DNA of 64,000 nt. Origin: Candidatus Latescibacterota bacterium (lineage in GTDB: Bacteria > Latescibacterota > UBA2968 > GCA-2709665). A program made the position numbers and the translations under genes. The number at the start of each line of letters is the position of its first letter. Position 1 is the first letter of the stretch. Shown one piece after another: positions 27,517-38,363 of this stretch. The DNA lies in contig CBDDDZ010000002.1 of assembly GCA_965226795.1 (NCBI GenBank), positions 32,001-96,000 on the forward strand, in the 5' to 3' direction. Below the pieces are notes generated by a model, which was not told the origin of the DNA, ran no database searches, and saw nothing but the letters and a program-made list of their open reading frames with translations.

Positions 27517-29082
27517 TTAAATGCGTTCCAGAATCTCCCGAAAACCGTTCACCGCATTCCAGAATCCGGCGCGGCCGGACAACGGCCACAGGCAGACGGT
27601 CCCGTCGAAACTTCGACACCTGAGATTGGAGAGAATCTCGACCAGTTCCGCGTTTCCCCCGCCGGGAACTGCGGGTTCTCCGTTGGCGCGCACGACATCC
27701 CGGAAGTCGACGTGCCTTACGAACCTCCGCACCGGACCCTTGTACAATCCCGAATAGAACGGTCCCGCTCCGGAAAGTGCGACTGCCGCCGGATCGTATG
27801 CCATTCCGATCCGCCCGGATCCGACTTCCTTCAACTGTACGGCGATTTCCGCAGGGCCGATCGTGGCAGGGCTGCCCAGAAGCACTCTGACGCCATGTAC
27901 ATCGGCTGCCAGTGAGAGCCGCTGAAGCGAATCATTCAGGTCCGCCGGCTCGAGATCGTCCGGGAGCCGAAGATGCAGATAATCCGCACTAACGCAGGCA
28001 GTCATCTCACAATCCTCTGCCAGCGTCTCCGGCGACGCGAACGGCGCGCGCAATACAACCGCCCTCACGCCCCTTGCTTCGAGCCGTTCACAAAGATCTT
28101 TGGTACCACCCAGGTGTTTCGTATGCAGTTCTACGAGTGAAATTCCCGCCTCCGCGACCAGATCCAATGCTCGTTCGGTATCGACATCGACCGCCCACAG
28201 CGGCATACTCACCCTGAATTTTTCGTCTTCCAATATGGACGCCAGGGAGTCGGTACGTATCAGCCGATCCTCGCCCCCAACCGCCGGACGGCCGCCGGAC
28301 TGTTTCCGGATCTTCTCTCTGAATCCCACGCAATCGGCGCAGTTCGGATTCTCATCCAGCGCAAACCCGGGATCGCGCGACATTTCGCGCCGCATGATGG
28401 CCGCGGCTCCTGGGGCGTCGATCAGGCGGCAGACAGCCGGTCCGACTGTACCCGTCACCATCGCGCCCTCGGCTGTGAACATCCGATCGAATTTCAACAC
28501 GCCGCCGCGGTGACCGCCGGGACAACGGCGTATCGACAACGTACGGATCTCGCCGCCCGCATCGATATACTTCATTTCCAATTCACGCAGGTAGGGCAGG
28601 TCCAGCTCCGCCTCTACCGTATGCAGCAGCGTCATCGTGTCCAGGTCGCATCCCAGGTGCAACACCTTTCCGCCAAGAGGAATCAGGCGGCCATACGGCG
28701 TTTCCGGTCCATCGGGCGCTGCGCTCTTCTCATGATCGGACAGGATCTCCTCCGCCCTCGCTCCGTACCCCGCTACCGGGTGATAGGGATGCCGGCTTCG
28801 CAGCACGCCCGGCCGCAACCGAAACGTCTCGCTGATGACGCCCATGTCGGAAGGGATGGCGTCCGGATCGAACGCCAGTCCGTCCCGCGCCGGATGCGTG
28901 GGCATCAACAACGTTCCATGCTGCCCCAGTACCTCCACCAAAGCGTCGATCACCGCGTTCGCGCCGCCGGATACGGGTCCCAGGCTGCTCAGAGACGAAT
29001 GCACCATCACAATCGTGCCCGGCTGCAACCCCAGGGACCTTGCGCCATCAGCTATATGCGTTTGGGATAGCATCGCGGCCAT
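27517..29082 (-). CDS. AAC(3)-family N-acetyltransferase fused to a xylose-isomerase/AP-endonuclease-2-like TIM barrel
   Basis: MVHSSLSSLG, GTLLMPT, MGVISETFR, RSRHP, TLLHTVE, followed by YDPAA..HVDFRD..PGGGNAELVEIL..FDG. Confidence 0.78.
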   Translation of the reverse strand: MAAMLSQTHIADGARSLGLQPGTIVMVHSSLSSLGPVSGGANAVIDALVEVLGQHGTLLMPTHPARDGLAFDPDAIPSDMGVISETFRLRPGVLRSRHPYHPVAGYGARAEEILSDHEKSAAPDGPETPYGRLIPLGGKVLHLGCDLDTMTLLHTVEAELDLPYLRELEMKYIDAGGEIRTLSIRRCPGGHRGGVLKFDRMFTAEGAMVTGTVGPAVCRLIDAPGAAAIMRREMSRDPGFALDENPNCADCVGFREKIRKQSGGRPAVGGEDRLIRTDSLASILEDEKFRVSMPLWAVDVDTERALDLVAEAGISLVELHTKHLGGTKDLCERLEARGVRAVVLRAPFASPETLAEDCEMTACVSADYLHLRLPDDLEPADLNDSLQRLSLAADVHGVRVLLGSPATIGPAEIAVQLKEVGSGRIGMAYDPAAVALSGAGPFYSGLYKGPVRRFVRHVDFRDVVRANGEPAVPGGGNAELVEILSNLRCRSFDGTVCLWPLSGRAGFWNAVNGFREILERI

Positions 29083-29224
29083 CTTTCCTCTTCGCTACAG
29101 CGGTCTGCGCTCAAACCGCCAAGGGACTTCAGCCGTATGTCACGCGCGACGGACGGCCCCGGCTGTACACCGGCAAGGAATCCCGCGAAATCCCGACTCT
29201 CGATCGTCCCCGCCGGTCTCCCGC

Positions 29225-29920
29225 TTACCGCCATTCGATCAACGCCTTCGCGTACGCGCGCCCCACCAGTCGATAGCCGTCCCGGAGATACGGCATATGA
29301 TGTCCTGACAGAATACAATCCACGTGCCGTTCGGAAAGTCGCTTCAGGGTCCGTATGTACGTCGGTTTGTCGAATTCCTCTCCCCCCTGCCAGCCCAACT
29401 CCGGCTGATAGCTGGTATTTCCGCAGAACAGCACGTCGCCGGCCAGCCAGATCGTCTTTCCCACGTGTTGGAACTGAAAGATGACACATCCGTTCGTGTG
29501 GCCCGGCGCATGGATGACCTCGAACCGAAATCCGCAGGCCTCTATCGTGTCGCCGTCCTCAACCACCCGGTCCACCCTGCAGGCCGGCAACCGGAATCCC
29601 GCGGCGTACGGAATGGTGCGCGCGTCCGATCTCTCAATCCCCTCCGCGTCGCCCGGCCCGGCTATCACGAACGCGCCCCGCTCCCGAATTGCGGCCGCAT
29701 TGCCGATGTGATCGTAATGGCTATGCGACAAGAACAGGAAATCGACTTTCTCCAGCGAGATCCCCCATACGCCCAACTGTGCTTCGGCTCGATCCAGGTC
29801 GGCGGGCACCGACCCGGCGTCGACCACGATCGTGCCCGCATCGCTATGCAACACATAGAAATTCGCGTGTTGCGCGTAAGCAAACCCGTCCGCGAGATAG
29901 ATATCCGGCAGAATCTGCAT
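29225..29920 (-). CDS. Metallo-beta-lactamase-fold hydrolase
   Basis: SHSHYDHIG, PGHTNG, AGD, SGH. Confidence 0.9.
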   Translation of the reverse strand: MQILPDIYLADGFAYAQHANFYVLHSDAGTIVVDAGSVPADLDRAEAQLGVWGISLEKVDFLFLSHSHYDHIGNAAAIRERGAFVIAGPGDAEGIERSDARTIPYAAGFRLPACRVDRVVEDGDTIEACGFRFEVIHAPGHTNGCVIFQFQHVGKTIWLAGDVLFCGNTSYQPELGWQGGEEFDKPTYIRTLKRLSERHVDCILSGHHMPYLRDGYRLVGRAYAKALIEWR

Positions 29921-29946
29921 CCCGGCCTCCGTCGGCTGTCATCCGG

Positions 29947-30822
29947 TTACACGTCCGAGGCGCCCCGGTATCCCGGGGGAATGAGCCCCCTCTGATGATC
30001 CCGGCACACCTCGAGGAAACTGCGGTCCTTCAGCAAGAAGCCGGGATCTTCCACGATACACCGGGTGCCCTCGTCAATCAGTTCCCTGGCGTTCATTATG
30101 GTCACTTTCGCATTGCCAATTTTCCCGTACTGAACAAGCTCCCGATTCTGCATTTCAGGTTCCATCAGAAAATAATCTCGCGGCACGTTCGGCGTATGCA
30201 CCTTCTGGACGTGGAGATGGATCCGGCTCCGTTCGTCCGCCACCTCCAGGCGGGACGGCTCGTCCATCAAGGCGTAAGGCGCATGCCCGTATTCCTCGCA
30301 GGCGTGCATCATCGTGCAACTGTTCCATCCGGTACCCAGGAACATATAGTGCGCATCCAGTTCACCGAGCTTCCCCCAGGCCGTATCCCGTCCGCACGGC
30401 GTGAAGCAGCGAATCGCGCCTTCCGCCAGGTACTCCGCGTGGTTCCCGATCGCACACATCGGGTTGCTGGAGTCCAGGCATCTCACCGCTCCCGGATGCT
30501 GACGGAACACCTCCGTGATCCGCCCCATCCTGGACGGCGAGCGGCGCACGTCGAACGCCGGCTTCCTGCTGGTGCGGGCATACTCGCAGTGCCATCCGTT
30601 GAAATGACACGAATGCACCGCAACCGTACCCCGCGACCCTACCGCCTCGAGGAAGGCTTCGATCACGGTTTCAGCGCCGCCCTCCACGTATCCCATACTG
30701 CTCAGGGAATTGTGAAAAAACACGGTGTCGCCGAGCGCCACCCCCATCTTCCGCAGGCCTTCGATGATGTCAACCTTCCGAACGACCGTTTTCCCTTCCG
30801 GCGAATAGGGTTTACTGGCCAT
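29947..30822 (-). CDS. AAC(3)-family N-acetyltransferase
   Basis: FHNSLSSMGYVEGGA, MGRITEVFR, CTMMHACEE. Confidence 0.85.
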   Translation of the reverse strand: MASKPYSPEGKTVVRKVDIIEGLRKMGVALGDTVFFHNSLSSMGYVEGGAETVIEAFLEAVGSRGTVAVHSCHFNGWHCEYARTSRKPAFDVRRSPSRMGRITEVFRQHPGAVRCLDSSNPMCAIGNHAEYLAEGAIRCFTPCGRDTAWGKLGELDAHYMFLGTGWNSCTMMHACEEYGHAPYALMDEPSRLEVADERSRIHLHVQKVHTPNVPRDYFLMEPEMQNRELVQYGKIGNAKVTIMNARELIDEGTRCIVEDPGFLLKDRSFLEVCRDHQRGLIPPGYRGASDV

Positions 30823-30925
30823 TGAGGGGTCTCCTTTAGAAAAGTGATTGCTATTCCAATATCAAGGTTGGGCAGCGACGAGCCCTCGCCCGGACGTATG
30901 TGAACACATCACGGCACTCAACCGG

Positions 30926-31516
30926 TCAGTCGCGGTACATGGCGAGAGACGGGTGGTCCAGGACAGACGCAATCCACGCCCAACCCCCGGCGCAGCGATC
31001 GCAGGTTTCGAATGGCACAAAACCGAAGTCCAGGTAGAGGTTGATCGCGCGGGCGCTGGTGGTCTGGGTGGTCAGGTAGGCGCGATCGTGGAAGTCCGCG
31101 ATCCGGCGCAGGGAGGCCGCGAGAAGCGGCTTGGCCAGACCCCGGCCCTGATACTCGGGACGGATTGCGATCCAGTGGATGCGGCCGTAGTCCCTTCCGT
31201 TGAACGCGTCGTTGTACCAGGCCGTGCTCGTACCGACCGCGCGGCCGTTCGGGTCTTCCAGATACAGACACCTGGCCTCCATCCGGTTACGGCCCGGTCC
31301 GAACTCGCGCTCGAAGCAGGCCAGCGCACTGTCCATCGAATCGAACGACGCCACAGAGAGTTCGATGTCGGCCCAGAGGTGCTCTTCGCCGGCCCTGTAG
31401 TAGCGGAGGCGGTAGCCCAGCGGGAGCGGAAACGAGGGCAGGTCCGTCAGATCCTCCCTCACCATGACCACGGGGACGTGCTCCTGCTGCCGTTCCCAGA
31501 CCCCGCTGATTCTCAC
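30926..31516 (-). CDS. GNAT family N-acetyltransferase
   Basis: IHWIAIRPEYQGRGLAKPL, AINLYLDFGF. Confidence 0.88.
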   Translation of the reverse strand: MRISGVWERQQEHVPVVMVREDLTDLPSFPLPLGYRLRYYRAGEEHLWADIELSVASFDSMDSALACFEREFGPGRNRMEARCLYLEDPNGRAVGTSTAWYNDAFNGRDYGRIHWIAIRPEYQGRGLAKPLLAASLRRIADFHDRAYLTTQTTSARAINLYLDFGFVPFETCDRCAGGWAWIASVLDHPSLAMYRD

Positions 31517-31573
31517 AGCATCTACCTCCGTCCCGGATTCGATGCGGACCCGACGACGGCGCCCATAGTTTCT

Positions 31574-33674
31574 CTAAACACGAACCGTCCCGGCCTCCGT
31601 CAGTTCATATTCCCGGCCCTCGCCCAACACCGTACCCCAGCGTTCGCCATCCTGGTGCTCCAGGGCGAGTCTGATCCGGCCTCCGGACGGCCCTCCGAGC
31701 ACAAATATCCTCTCCGGCCGATGCGGAAGCGCCGGTCCCCGAACAGGCGTCTCGCCGTCCTCCATTAAGGGCACCAGAACCAACTGTGGCGGACTATCGG
31801 GTATCATATACCAGAAAGCAATCATCGAACCATCGGCCCGCTGTCTGACAACGCAATCCCCGCCATGAGGAAGAATCGCCCACAGGACATCGAGCGACGT
31901 CTCGCCGGCCATCCCGAAACAGAAGCGAAGATCCGCCTGATCCATCGCTTCCAGATCTTCCGGTGGAATGTCGTAGCCGGACAGATACGCCTTCCAGTAG
32001 GGATCCACCGGCTGCGGGACCCGTTCGAATGTCGACGCCTGCGAACAGGCCTGATAGAGGCGGCATGTCTGTCCGGAAGGCGCCTGCAGCCGGATCGATC
32101 CATCCGTTCCGATCCGGGTTTCAACCTCTTGCCCCACGTGAAAATGGGCTTCCACGGGGCGGGGCTCACGGCCGGAGAACCGGACACGATCCAGGATGAA
32201 CACGGCGTGGCGGTTCCTGACGTGCAGCACGGTGCGTTCGAAGGAGAACAGGTCCGGCACGTCGGGATACGCCGCCGCCGCCTCACACCGCACGGCCGAA
32301 TAAACGTCGTTCTCACCGCAATAGACGCCCGTCACCTCGCCGCCGGTGTCGGGGTCGACCGACTGTCCCCGCCCGCCAAAGGTGAGCGTATTCTTGAACG
32401 CGGTGTCGAATCGAAAATATCCCGATGGTCTGAAAAAATAGTGTCCGTTGACAAAAAACGTAAAACTGGCGCGGTCCCGGTAGTGGGCGTGTTTATTGTG
32501 CGAAATGGTCTGTATCGGAAGCCACGAATCTCTCCGCGCCTGCGCCGGCGGGCCACCCGGAACCGTACACTCGAAGCTCAGCACCGAAGCGACCTCGTCA
32601 AACCCCGTGCGGGAAAAAAACTGACCCAATGACGGGAAAAAAGCCGCTGCAGGCAGGCCGTCCGGAGGTTCCGCCCGAACCCGCGGATCGTACCACAAAA
32701 AGCTCCAGCCGTAGTCGTGGTAATCCTTCAGAAACGTCCTGGACGCCTCCCGCTCCGCCTGCCACTGCGCCAGGCCGTCGTTGAACTCCGCCGCGAGCTT
32801 GTACAGCTGGAAAGCCACGACCCCGCCGGTCTCCCCGTGATACCGGCCGCTGGGCGTCGAATCGTCCAGAAATACGTGGCTTCCGTCCGGCAAAAGGTGG
32901 TACGCGCGCCAGCGCGCCAGCGCCTTCAGCCATGCAATATCAAACGCATTCTCCCCGAAGATCCGTTTCCGGCCCTCTCAGGTAGAACAACATCGGCCCC
33001 AGCGCGTAATTCAGCGGGGCAACGCCCTCGTTCCATGCTCCGTCCTCACCCTGGATGGAGACGATCCGTTCGACCTCTCTTTCAACCGTGGATAACCAGG
33101 CCCCGGCTTCGGGCGCGTACGGCATCAAGGCCAGGCAGCCGACGCCGGCGCCGAAAACCGGCACCCAGCAATCGTGGTAATGGTATCGCCGGCTCCAGCC
33201 GGCCTCGCCCGTATCCATATGCCGGACCATGCGCCCGGTCTCGACCCGCAACACCTCCACCGCCCGGCGCACGAGCGCATCCGGCAGAACCCTTCCGAAC
33301 AGGTCCACGCCATAGGCCAGCGCCATGACGTGAAAGGCCACCAGATAGGTGGATTTGACCTTTTCGTCATCAGCGGCGTCGACCTCGACCCACCGAGTCA
33401 GCCAGCGTTCGGCCAGGCCGCTCCACCGCCTGTCGCCGGTGAGATGGTAGGCGATGCCGCAGTTCACCACCAGAGAGAAACAGATCTCAAGGATATCGCT
33501 GTACGCCGGCTCCTCCAGGTCCCAGAGCGTACCGGGCGGATCGTGGGCCAACCGGCCGTTCAGATCTCGGACCAGCGCCCGGTAGAACCGTGCGTGAGAC
33601 GAGGAGCAGCGCCTGCGCAGTTCGTCCAGTTCATCGGCAGACAGAATCAGCCGCGGGGCCGCGGGATCCACCAT
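31574..33674 (-). pseudogene. DUF4962/heparinase II/III-like lyase with a single +1 frameshift near 32978
   Basis: Removing one base at CTG-A-GAG-GGC joins ..EDGAWNEGVAPLNYALGPMLFYL to EGRKRIFGENAFDIAWLKALARWRAYHLLPDG..; downstream HAHYRDRASF and KNTLTFGGRGQ fit the family. Confidence 0.75.
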
Positions 33675-33784
33675 CGGCGGCATCCTTTCAGGGACAGAAC
33701 ACGAGACCGCGCCACACCAATCCGGGTCGCCTGAGAACCGGCGCAATCCTTGTGAGCGCCGCCTATCGAATGTGCATCAACCCA

Positions 33785-33813
33785 AGTCTAAATCATCCCG
33801 GGAAGGATTGCAA
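33785..33813 (-). promoter_or_regulatory. Candidate sigma70 promoter for the leftward gene run
   Basis: TTGCAA-N17-TAGACT on the minus strand. Confidence 0.5.
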
Positions 33814-34053
33814 GTCCCATCGACCGTGGAATGAAGGGCGGCGCTCTTTGGATCGGTCGGACCGGAGGATTGCGGCCCGTCCCGCGGCAGATCGAACACC
33901 CTCACCGCCGGGGTCCCCCTGGAGTATGGAAGCAAGGCACTCTACGGACTCCATGTCGACCCAATTTCATTTTAAAAAGGCCAGCGTGCGACCCGGACGC
34001 GCCCGAGTGAGGGCCAGCCGTCCTGAAATTCCGAAATCACCCCGTTTTTTTCC

Positions 34054-34083
34054 TTGACAAAATCTGTTTATAGGTGTTATCAT
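34054..34083 (+). promoter_or_regulatory. Candidate sigma70 promoter for the rightward TBDR locus
   Basis: TTGACA-N18-TATCAT with extended -10 TG, in an AT-rich patch. Confidence 0.6.
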
Positions 34084-34265
34084 TATTTCTATTAGCCTAA
34101 TTTTTTCGCGTATCCGCCTCATTGGCGGGTATCGAAACGGCATCGCGAGGGCTTTCTCTGTGGGGAGGGGCACCATCTTGCCGTACCCGCAGTAAACGGC
34201 CCTGGTCCTGCGGGAATTATCGGCGGCGCTCGCGAGGCCCGATCCCATCACAAGGAGGGCAGTCT

Positions 34266-35009
34266 ATGGGCACATGGAGGTATACGGCTGTTATCGGATG
34301 TCTGGTGTTGCTTCTCGCACCGGCTTCCGGCGCACGGGAGTATAACCGGATCGGCGGGCGGTTACTGCTGGGCTACAACCTGCCCGTAATGGGGCTGCGG
34401 ACCAACTGGTATAACCAGGCCGTACGGTGGGGAGGCAGCGTGGTTTACAACCGGGATGTCAACACCGCTCTGGAGTTCGAATACCATCGGCTGCAATACA
34501 ATGACGGCAAGATCGAGAATCAGACATTCACCTGGAACGAAGACGCGAGAGAATATTCGAGCCCCAACTCCGAAGCAAGTATGCGGATCAACAGCGTGCT
34601 GTGCAACGTGATTTTTCGACTCGGTGACAGATCAAACCTTTTCTCTAGCCAGACGACGTCCCCCTACGTCGTCGCCGGAGGAGGGTTTCACAGCTACAGC
34701 AATAGCGTGAGCGGCCTTATTTACCCGGGGCAGGACGGCATCGCGGTCGAAGATAGCGAGGACAATATACTTGACCCAACCCAGGTCCTCGCAACGGTGG
34801 TCGAAAGCCGATCGGCCCTCGGGGCACATTTCGGGTTCGGCGTCGAACGGTTTATGTCGAACAATTTTTCACTGGATTTCCGGGTTCAGCACAATTTCCT
34901 GGTCGGGACCCTCGGTCCCCGGGAGGCCTGGGGCATAAAAGGAGTTATGCCGCTGCTGCAGATGCTGGATCTGGAGGTCGCGGTCAAATTCTACGAAACA
35001 GGAAGGTAG
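34266..35009 (+). CDS. Outer-membrane beta-barrel protein with signal peptide
   Basis: Signal MGTWRYTAVIGCLVLLLAPASGA, SPYVVAGGG, alternating beta strands, VAVKFY near the end; GGAGG RBS. Confidence 0.75.
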   Translation: MGTWRYTAVIGCLVLLLAPASGAREYNRIGGRLLLGYNLPVMGLRTNWYNQAVRWGGSVVYNRDVNTALEFEYHRLQYNDGKIENQTFTWNEDAREYSSPNSEASMRINSVLCNVIFRLGDRSNLFSSQTTSPYVVAGGGFHSYSNSVSGLIYPGQDGIAVEDSEDNILDPTQVLATVVESRSALGAHFGFGVERFMSNNFSLDFRVQHNFLVGTLGPREAWGIKGVMPLLQMLDLEVAVKFYETGR

Positions 35010-35108
35010 CGAGCCACGCATGCCCGGGAAAGGAGGAGGCGTAATCCCTACGGGCGTGTACGGCCGCAGTTAAGACTGGGAGACCACAATTAAAACGGAG
35101 ATTCGGCA

Positions 35109-38100
35109 ATGAAGAAGTGTGTTTTGTTTTTCGGAGTTCTTTCCCTCTGCACGGCACTGGCTTTAAGCGGAAGCGCCTGGGCCGGCACGACCGGAAAGAT
35201 TGTTGGAAAGGTTCTGGACCAACAGGGCGAAGCGCTGCCCGGCGCCAACGTGGTCATCGAGGGCCTGAACATCGGATCCACGGCCGATGCGGAGGGGTAC
35301 TACGTTATTCTGCGCGCCGATCCGGGGCTCTATACGCTTAAGGCGTCCCTGGTCGGATATGAGGCGGAGTCGCAGACGGAAATGCGGGTGCAGGCCGACG
35401 TGACCACGGAGGTTGATTTTATGCTCCAGGAGGCGACGCTGGAGTTGGGGGAGATGGTTGTCAAGGCGGAACGCCCTCCCGTGGAGGTCGACAAGACCTT
35501 CAGCAAATACATCGTCGGCGCCGATGAGATCGAGCAACTTCCCATCGTGCGCACCACCAGCGAAATGATCACGCTGCAGCCGGGCGTTCACCTGGACGGT
35601 TCCGACCGCATGCGGGGAAGCAACCGCCCCGGAGAATGGCGAAGTCGCACGGGCGGAGACGTGGCCTATTACGTGGACGGCGTGAAAATCGTGAACAGCG
35701 ACGGCGCCGGCTCCCACAACTGGAAGAGCATCAACCGGTCGACCGTCCAGGAGATTTCCGTGGTTACGGGCGGGATGAACGCCGAGTACGGCAACGCTCA
35801 GGCCGGGGTCGTCAGTATTATTACGAAAGACGGCGGCCAGAACTTCCACGGATGGGCGGAGTACCGCCGGACGCCGCCGGGCCAGAAGCACTGGGGCGCA
35901 AACGCCTACGAAAGCCCGATGCACCTCGACAAGATGAAATGGGGCGAGGGCGTCTGGGAGAACGAGCGTGATCCCGATACGGGCCGACTCACTCACCAGC
36001 GCTCGGACTACGACGAAATCACCGGGCACGACGTGGAGGGAACTATCTCGGGGCCGCTTTCCAAGAGCGCTTCGTTCATCGTTTCGGGCAAGACGGCCCG
36101 GCTGGCGCCCACGTATCCCGGCGGCACGGAGCGAGGCTACTACAACGACGTGGGCGGCTTCATTCCCTCGCTGTCCAACTACCAGGGATCATACAGCGTC
36201 ACCGTACGCGCATCCGAAAACATAAAAATGAAGATCGGCGGGTTGCTCGAGTACAACAAGAAGTATATCGGAACCGACCGTAACGCCTACCGGAATGAAC
36301 GGTCCGCGGGCACCGCGAGCGGAATCATTCGCGGCCTGCTCGACGGCGGGAAGAACATATTCCTGCCGGAGGGTTGGAGCGCGGCGGGAAAGATGAGCAC
36401 GACCCACAATATGCAATACCTGGCCATTACCCATTCTCTCTCGCCCCGGACATTTTACGACCTCCGGATCTCGCGCTATTCAACGGTCGACGATACCAGT
36501 GATATCGCAGGCAGAACGACGGACGTGCGTACGGATGACGACGGCTGGTTCGCCGTGGACCGTGAGGTGCGCCAATACCAGGTTGCGGACCGGACGCGGT
36601 ACCAGGTCAAGCTGGATCTGGCCAGCCAGATCACGAAGGGGCATTTCGTAAAGGCCGGTTTCGAATTCATCAAGTACAACATGTGGCTCACCCGCTACAC
36701 GGGTGAGAGCGCGCAAGCCCGGCGGCTGGAGTACGCGGGTGCCCAAGGCGTGATCGGAGATCCTATCAAGCCACAGCATCTCGCCATTTACGCGCAGGAC
36801 AAGATGGAGTTCGAGGGCATGGTCATCAATGCCGGTCTGCGCCTGGATCTGTTCGATCCGGTAACCAATTTCCCGGCTTCGGGCGCTTACGCGTTCTCGC
36901 CCATGTACAACTCGCCGCTACGTTTCCAGAATGCGCCCCACCGCGAGCCCGTCGTGTTCAAGAACCTGAGCCCACGGGTGGGGGTGTCGCATCCCATTAC
37001 CTCGCGCTCGTCCATGCACTATTTCGCGGGGCTGTTCCTGGCCTACCCGGACATCTATTACCTGTTTAACGGGGATTGGCGGACCTCCGGGCCCGACCAG
37101 GACTGGAACGGGAACGGCGTTGTCGACGCTGGCGAGCGCTACAACGCGATGCGGCCTTCCTACCCGATTCGAAGCGGGCAGGGCACCACCGAAATCCGCC
37201 CCGAAAAGACGGTGTCGATGGAGGTGGGGGCCGACTGGAACTTCGTCCAGGACTATACCGGTGCGATCGCGCTCTTCTACAAGAGCGCAAAAGATCAGTA
37301 CCACTATCATTCAGACGTCCGCTTCTACGCGCCGCATCTTCCTGGCTACGTACATCCCTACGCCCGGATCCTCCACAACAACGGGTTCGAAGAGCAGCGG
37401 GGTCTGGAACTTTCCGTGCGGAAGCCGCTCAGCCACAACTTCGCCATCAACGTGGCCTACAACATGACCTGGGCGCAGCAGGGCTGGGGCAACTTCGACG
37501 CCTGGTTCAACTTCCTCTTTCCCGACTCTCTCTATGTTGCCAGTGGGCGTTACTGGTACGAATACAGGGTGGACAACGGCGTTGAGGTGCCCGTGCCCCT
37601 CACGACTGAACAGATCCAGACGATCGGAAGCAACGCCAACAATGCGATCCGGAGCAACGACCGGCGGGACGGCAACCCGGGAGGCCGGGGTTACGAGCAG
37701 ACCCGGATGACGGCCCGGGAATACGGGCTCATCGGTCTGGACGACTTCGAACTGGACCACATCCACGTGTGGGCCAGGGGTTACCAGACCGGCCTGAACG
37801 CCGACGGCGGCGACATCCGCAACCAGGGCAGCGTACAGTTTCTCTATCTCACGCCAGGGGACTACGGGCCCAATTTCAAGGTGTTCGGAAGCAAGTTCCT
37901 TGCCAACTGGCGGGTCAACCTGCTCTGGCGCATGCAGAATACCGGATCGTTCTGGTACACGCCCGCGAATGCCGGCCGGGAACGGCGCCTGAGGCCCATC
38001 CGTACCTGGACCGACCTGGCCGTGGAGAAGCGCTTTCCTTTCGGTCTGGGGCGCGGCGATATAAGCCTGTTCCTGGAGGTGCGAAATCTGTTTAACCAGC

Positions 38101-38258
38101 AGGACGACAGTTCCTTCAATACCACCGACTGGACCAACTGGGGCCTGCAAACGGCACGCCCGGACAACTCTCACTTCCTCCTGTACGGGGATACCGCCGA
38201 TCGGAGTTTCTATAACCATCCCCGGCGCATGGAAATGGGTCTGAGAATGCAGTTCTGA
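35109..38258 (+). CDS. TonB-dependent receptor with N-terminal carboxypeptidase-regulatory-like domain
   Basis: GTTGKIVGKV..LPGANV, plug VQEISVVTGGMNAEYGNAQAGVV, YAQDKMEF, SPRVGVSHPI, C-terminal MQF. Confidence 0.93.
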   Translation: MKKCVLFFGVLSLCTALALSGSAWAGTTGKIVGKVLDQQGEALPGANVVIEGLNIGSTADAEGYYVILRADPGLYTLKASLVGYEAESQTEMRVQADVTTEVDFMLQEATLELGEMVVKAERPPVEVDKTFSKYIVGADEIEQLPIVRTTSEMITLQPGVHLDGSDRMRGSNRPGEWRSRTGGDVAYYVDGVKIVNSDGAGSHNWKSINRSTVQEISVVTGGMNAEYGNAQAGVVSIITKDGGQNFHGWAEYRRTPPGQKHWGANAYESPMHLDKMKWGEGVWENERDPDTGRLTHQRSDYDEITGHDVEGTISGPLSKSASFIVSGKTARLAPTYPGGTERGYYNDVGGFIPSLSNYQGSYSVTVRASENIKMKIGGLLEYNKKYIGTDRNAYRNERSAGTASGIIRGLLDGGKNIFLPEGWSAAGKMSTTHNMQYLAITHSLSPRTFYDLRISRYSTVDDTSDIAGRTTDVRTDDDGWFAVDREVRQYQVADRTRYQVKLDLASQITKGHFVKAGFEFIKYNMWLTRYTGESAQARRLEYAGAQGVIGDPIKPQHLAIYAQDKMEFEGMVINAGLRLDLFDPVTNFPASGAYAFSPMYNSPLRFQNAPHREPVVFKNLSPRVGVSHPITSRSSMHYFAGLFLAYPDIYYLFNGDWRTSGPDQDWNGNGVVDAGERYNAMRPSYPIRSGQGTTEIRPEKTVSMEVGADWNFVQDYTGAIALFYKSAKDQYHYHSDVRFYAPHLPGYVHPYARILHNNGFEEQRGLELSVRKPLSHNFAINVAYNMTWAQQGWGNFDAWFNFLFPDSLYVASGRYWYEYRVDNGVEVPVPLTTEQIQTIGSNANNAIRSNDRRDGNPGGRGYEQTRMTAREYGLIGLDDFELDHIHVWARGYQTGLNADGGDIRNQGSVQFLYLTPGDYGPNFKVFGSKFLANWRVNLLWRMQNTGSFWYTPANAGRERRLRPIRTWTDLAVEKRFPFGLGRGDISLFLEVRNLFNQQDDSSFNTTDWTNWGLQTARPDNSHFLLYGDTADRSFYNHPRRMEMGLRMQF

Positions 38259-38283
38259 TCCGTTCCGGTAAACGTCACGAACG

Positions 38284-38315
38284 GCGGGAGCCCGGAGGGT
38301 TACGCGGGTTCCCGC
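38284..38315 (+). other. GC-rich intergenic stem-loop after the TBDR gene (no U-tract)
   Basis: GCGGGAGCCCG / CGGGTTCCCGC. Confidence 0.45.
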
Positions 38316-38363
38316 TGCCATGCGATTATTTCCTGAAGAACTACACACGCTAAGGAGGATACG

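Noticed and set aside
27517..30822. Antibiotic resistance cassette (aac(3), beta-lactamase)
   Set aside because: Only family-level motifs; the context is a chromosomal metabolic run with no mobile element.
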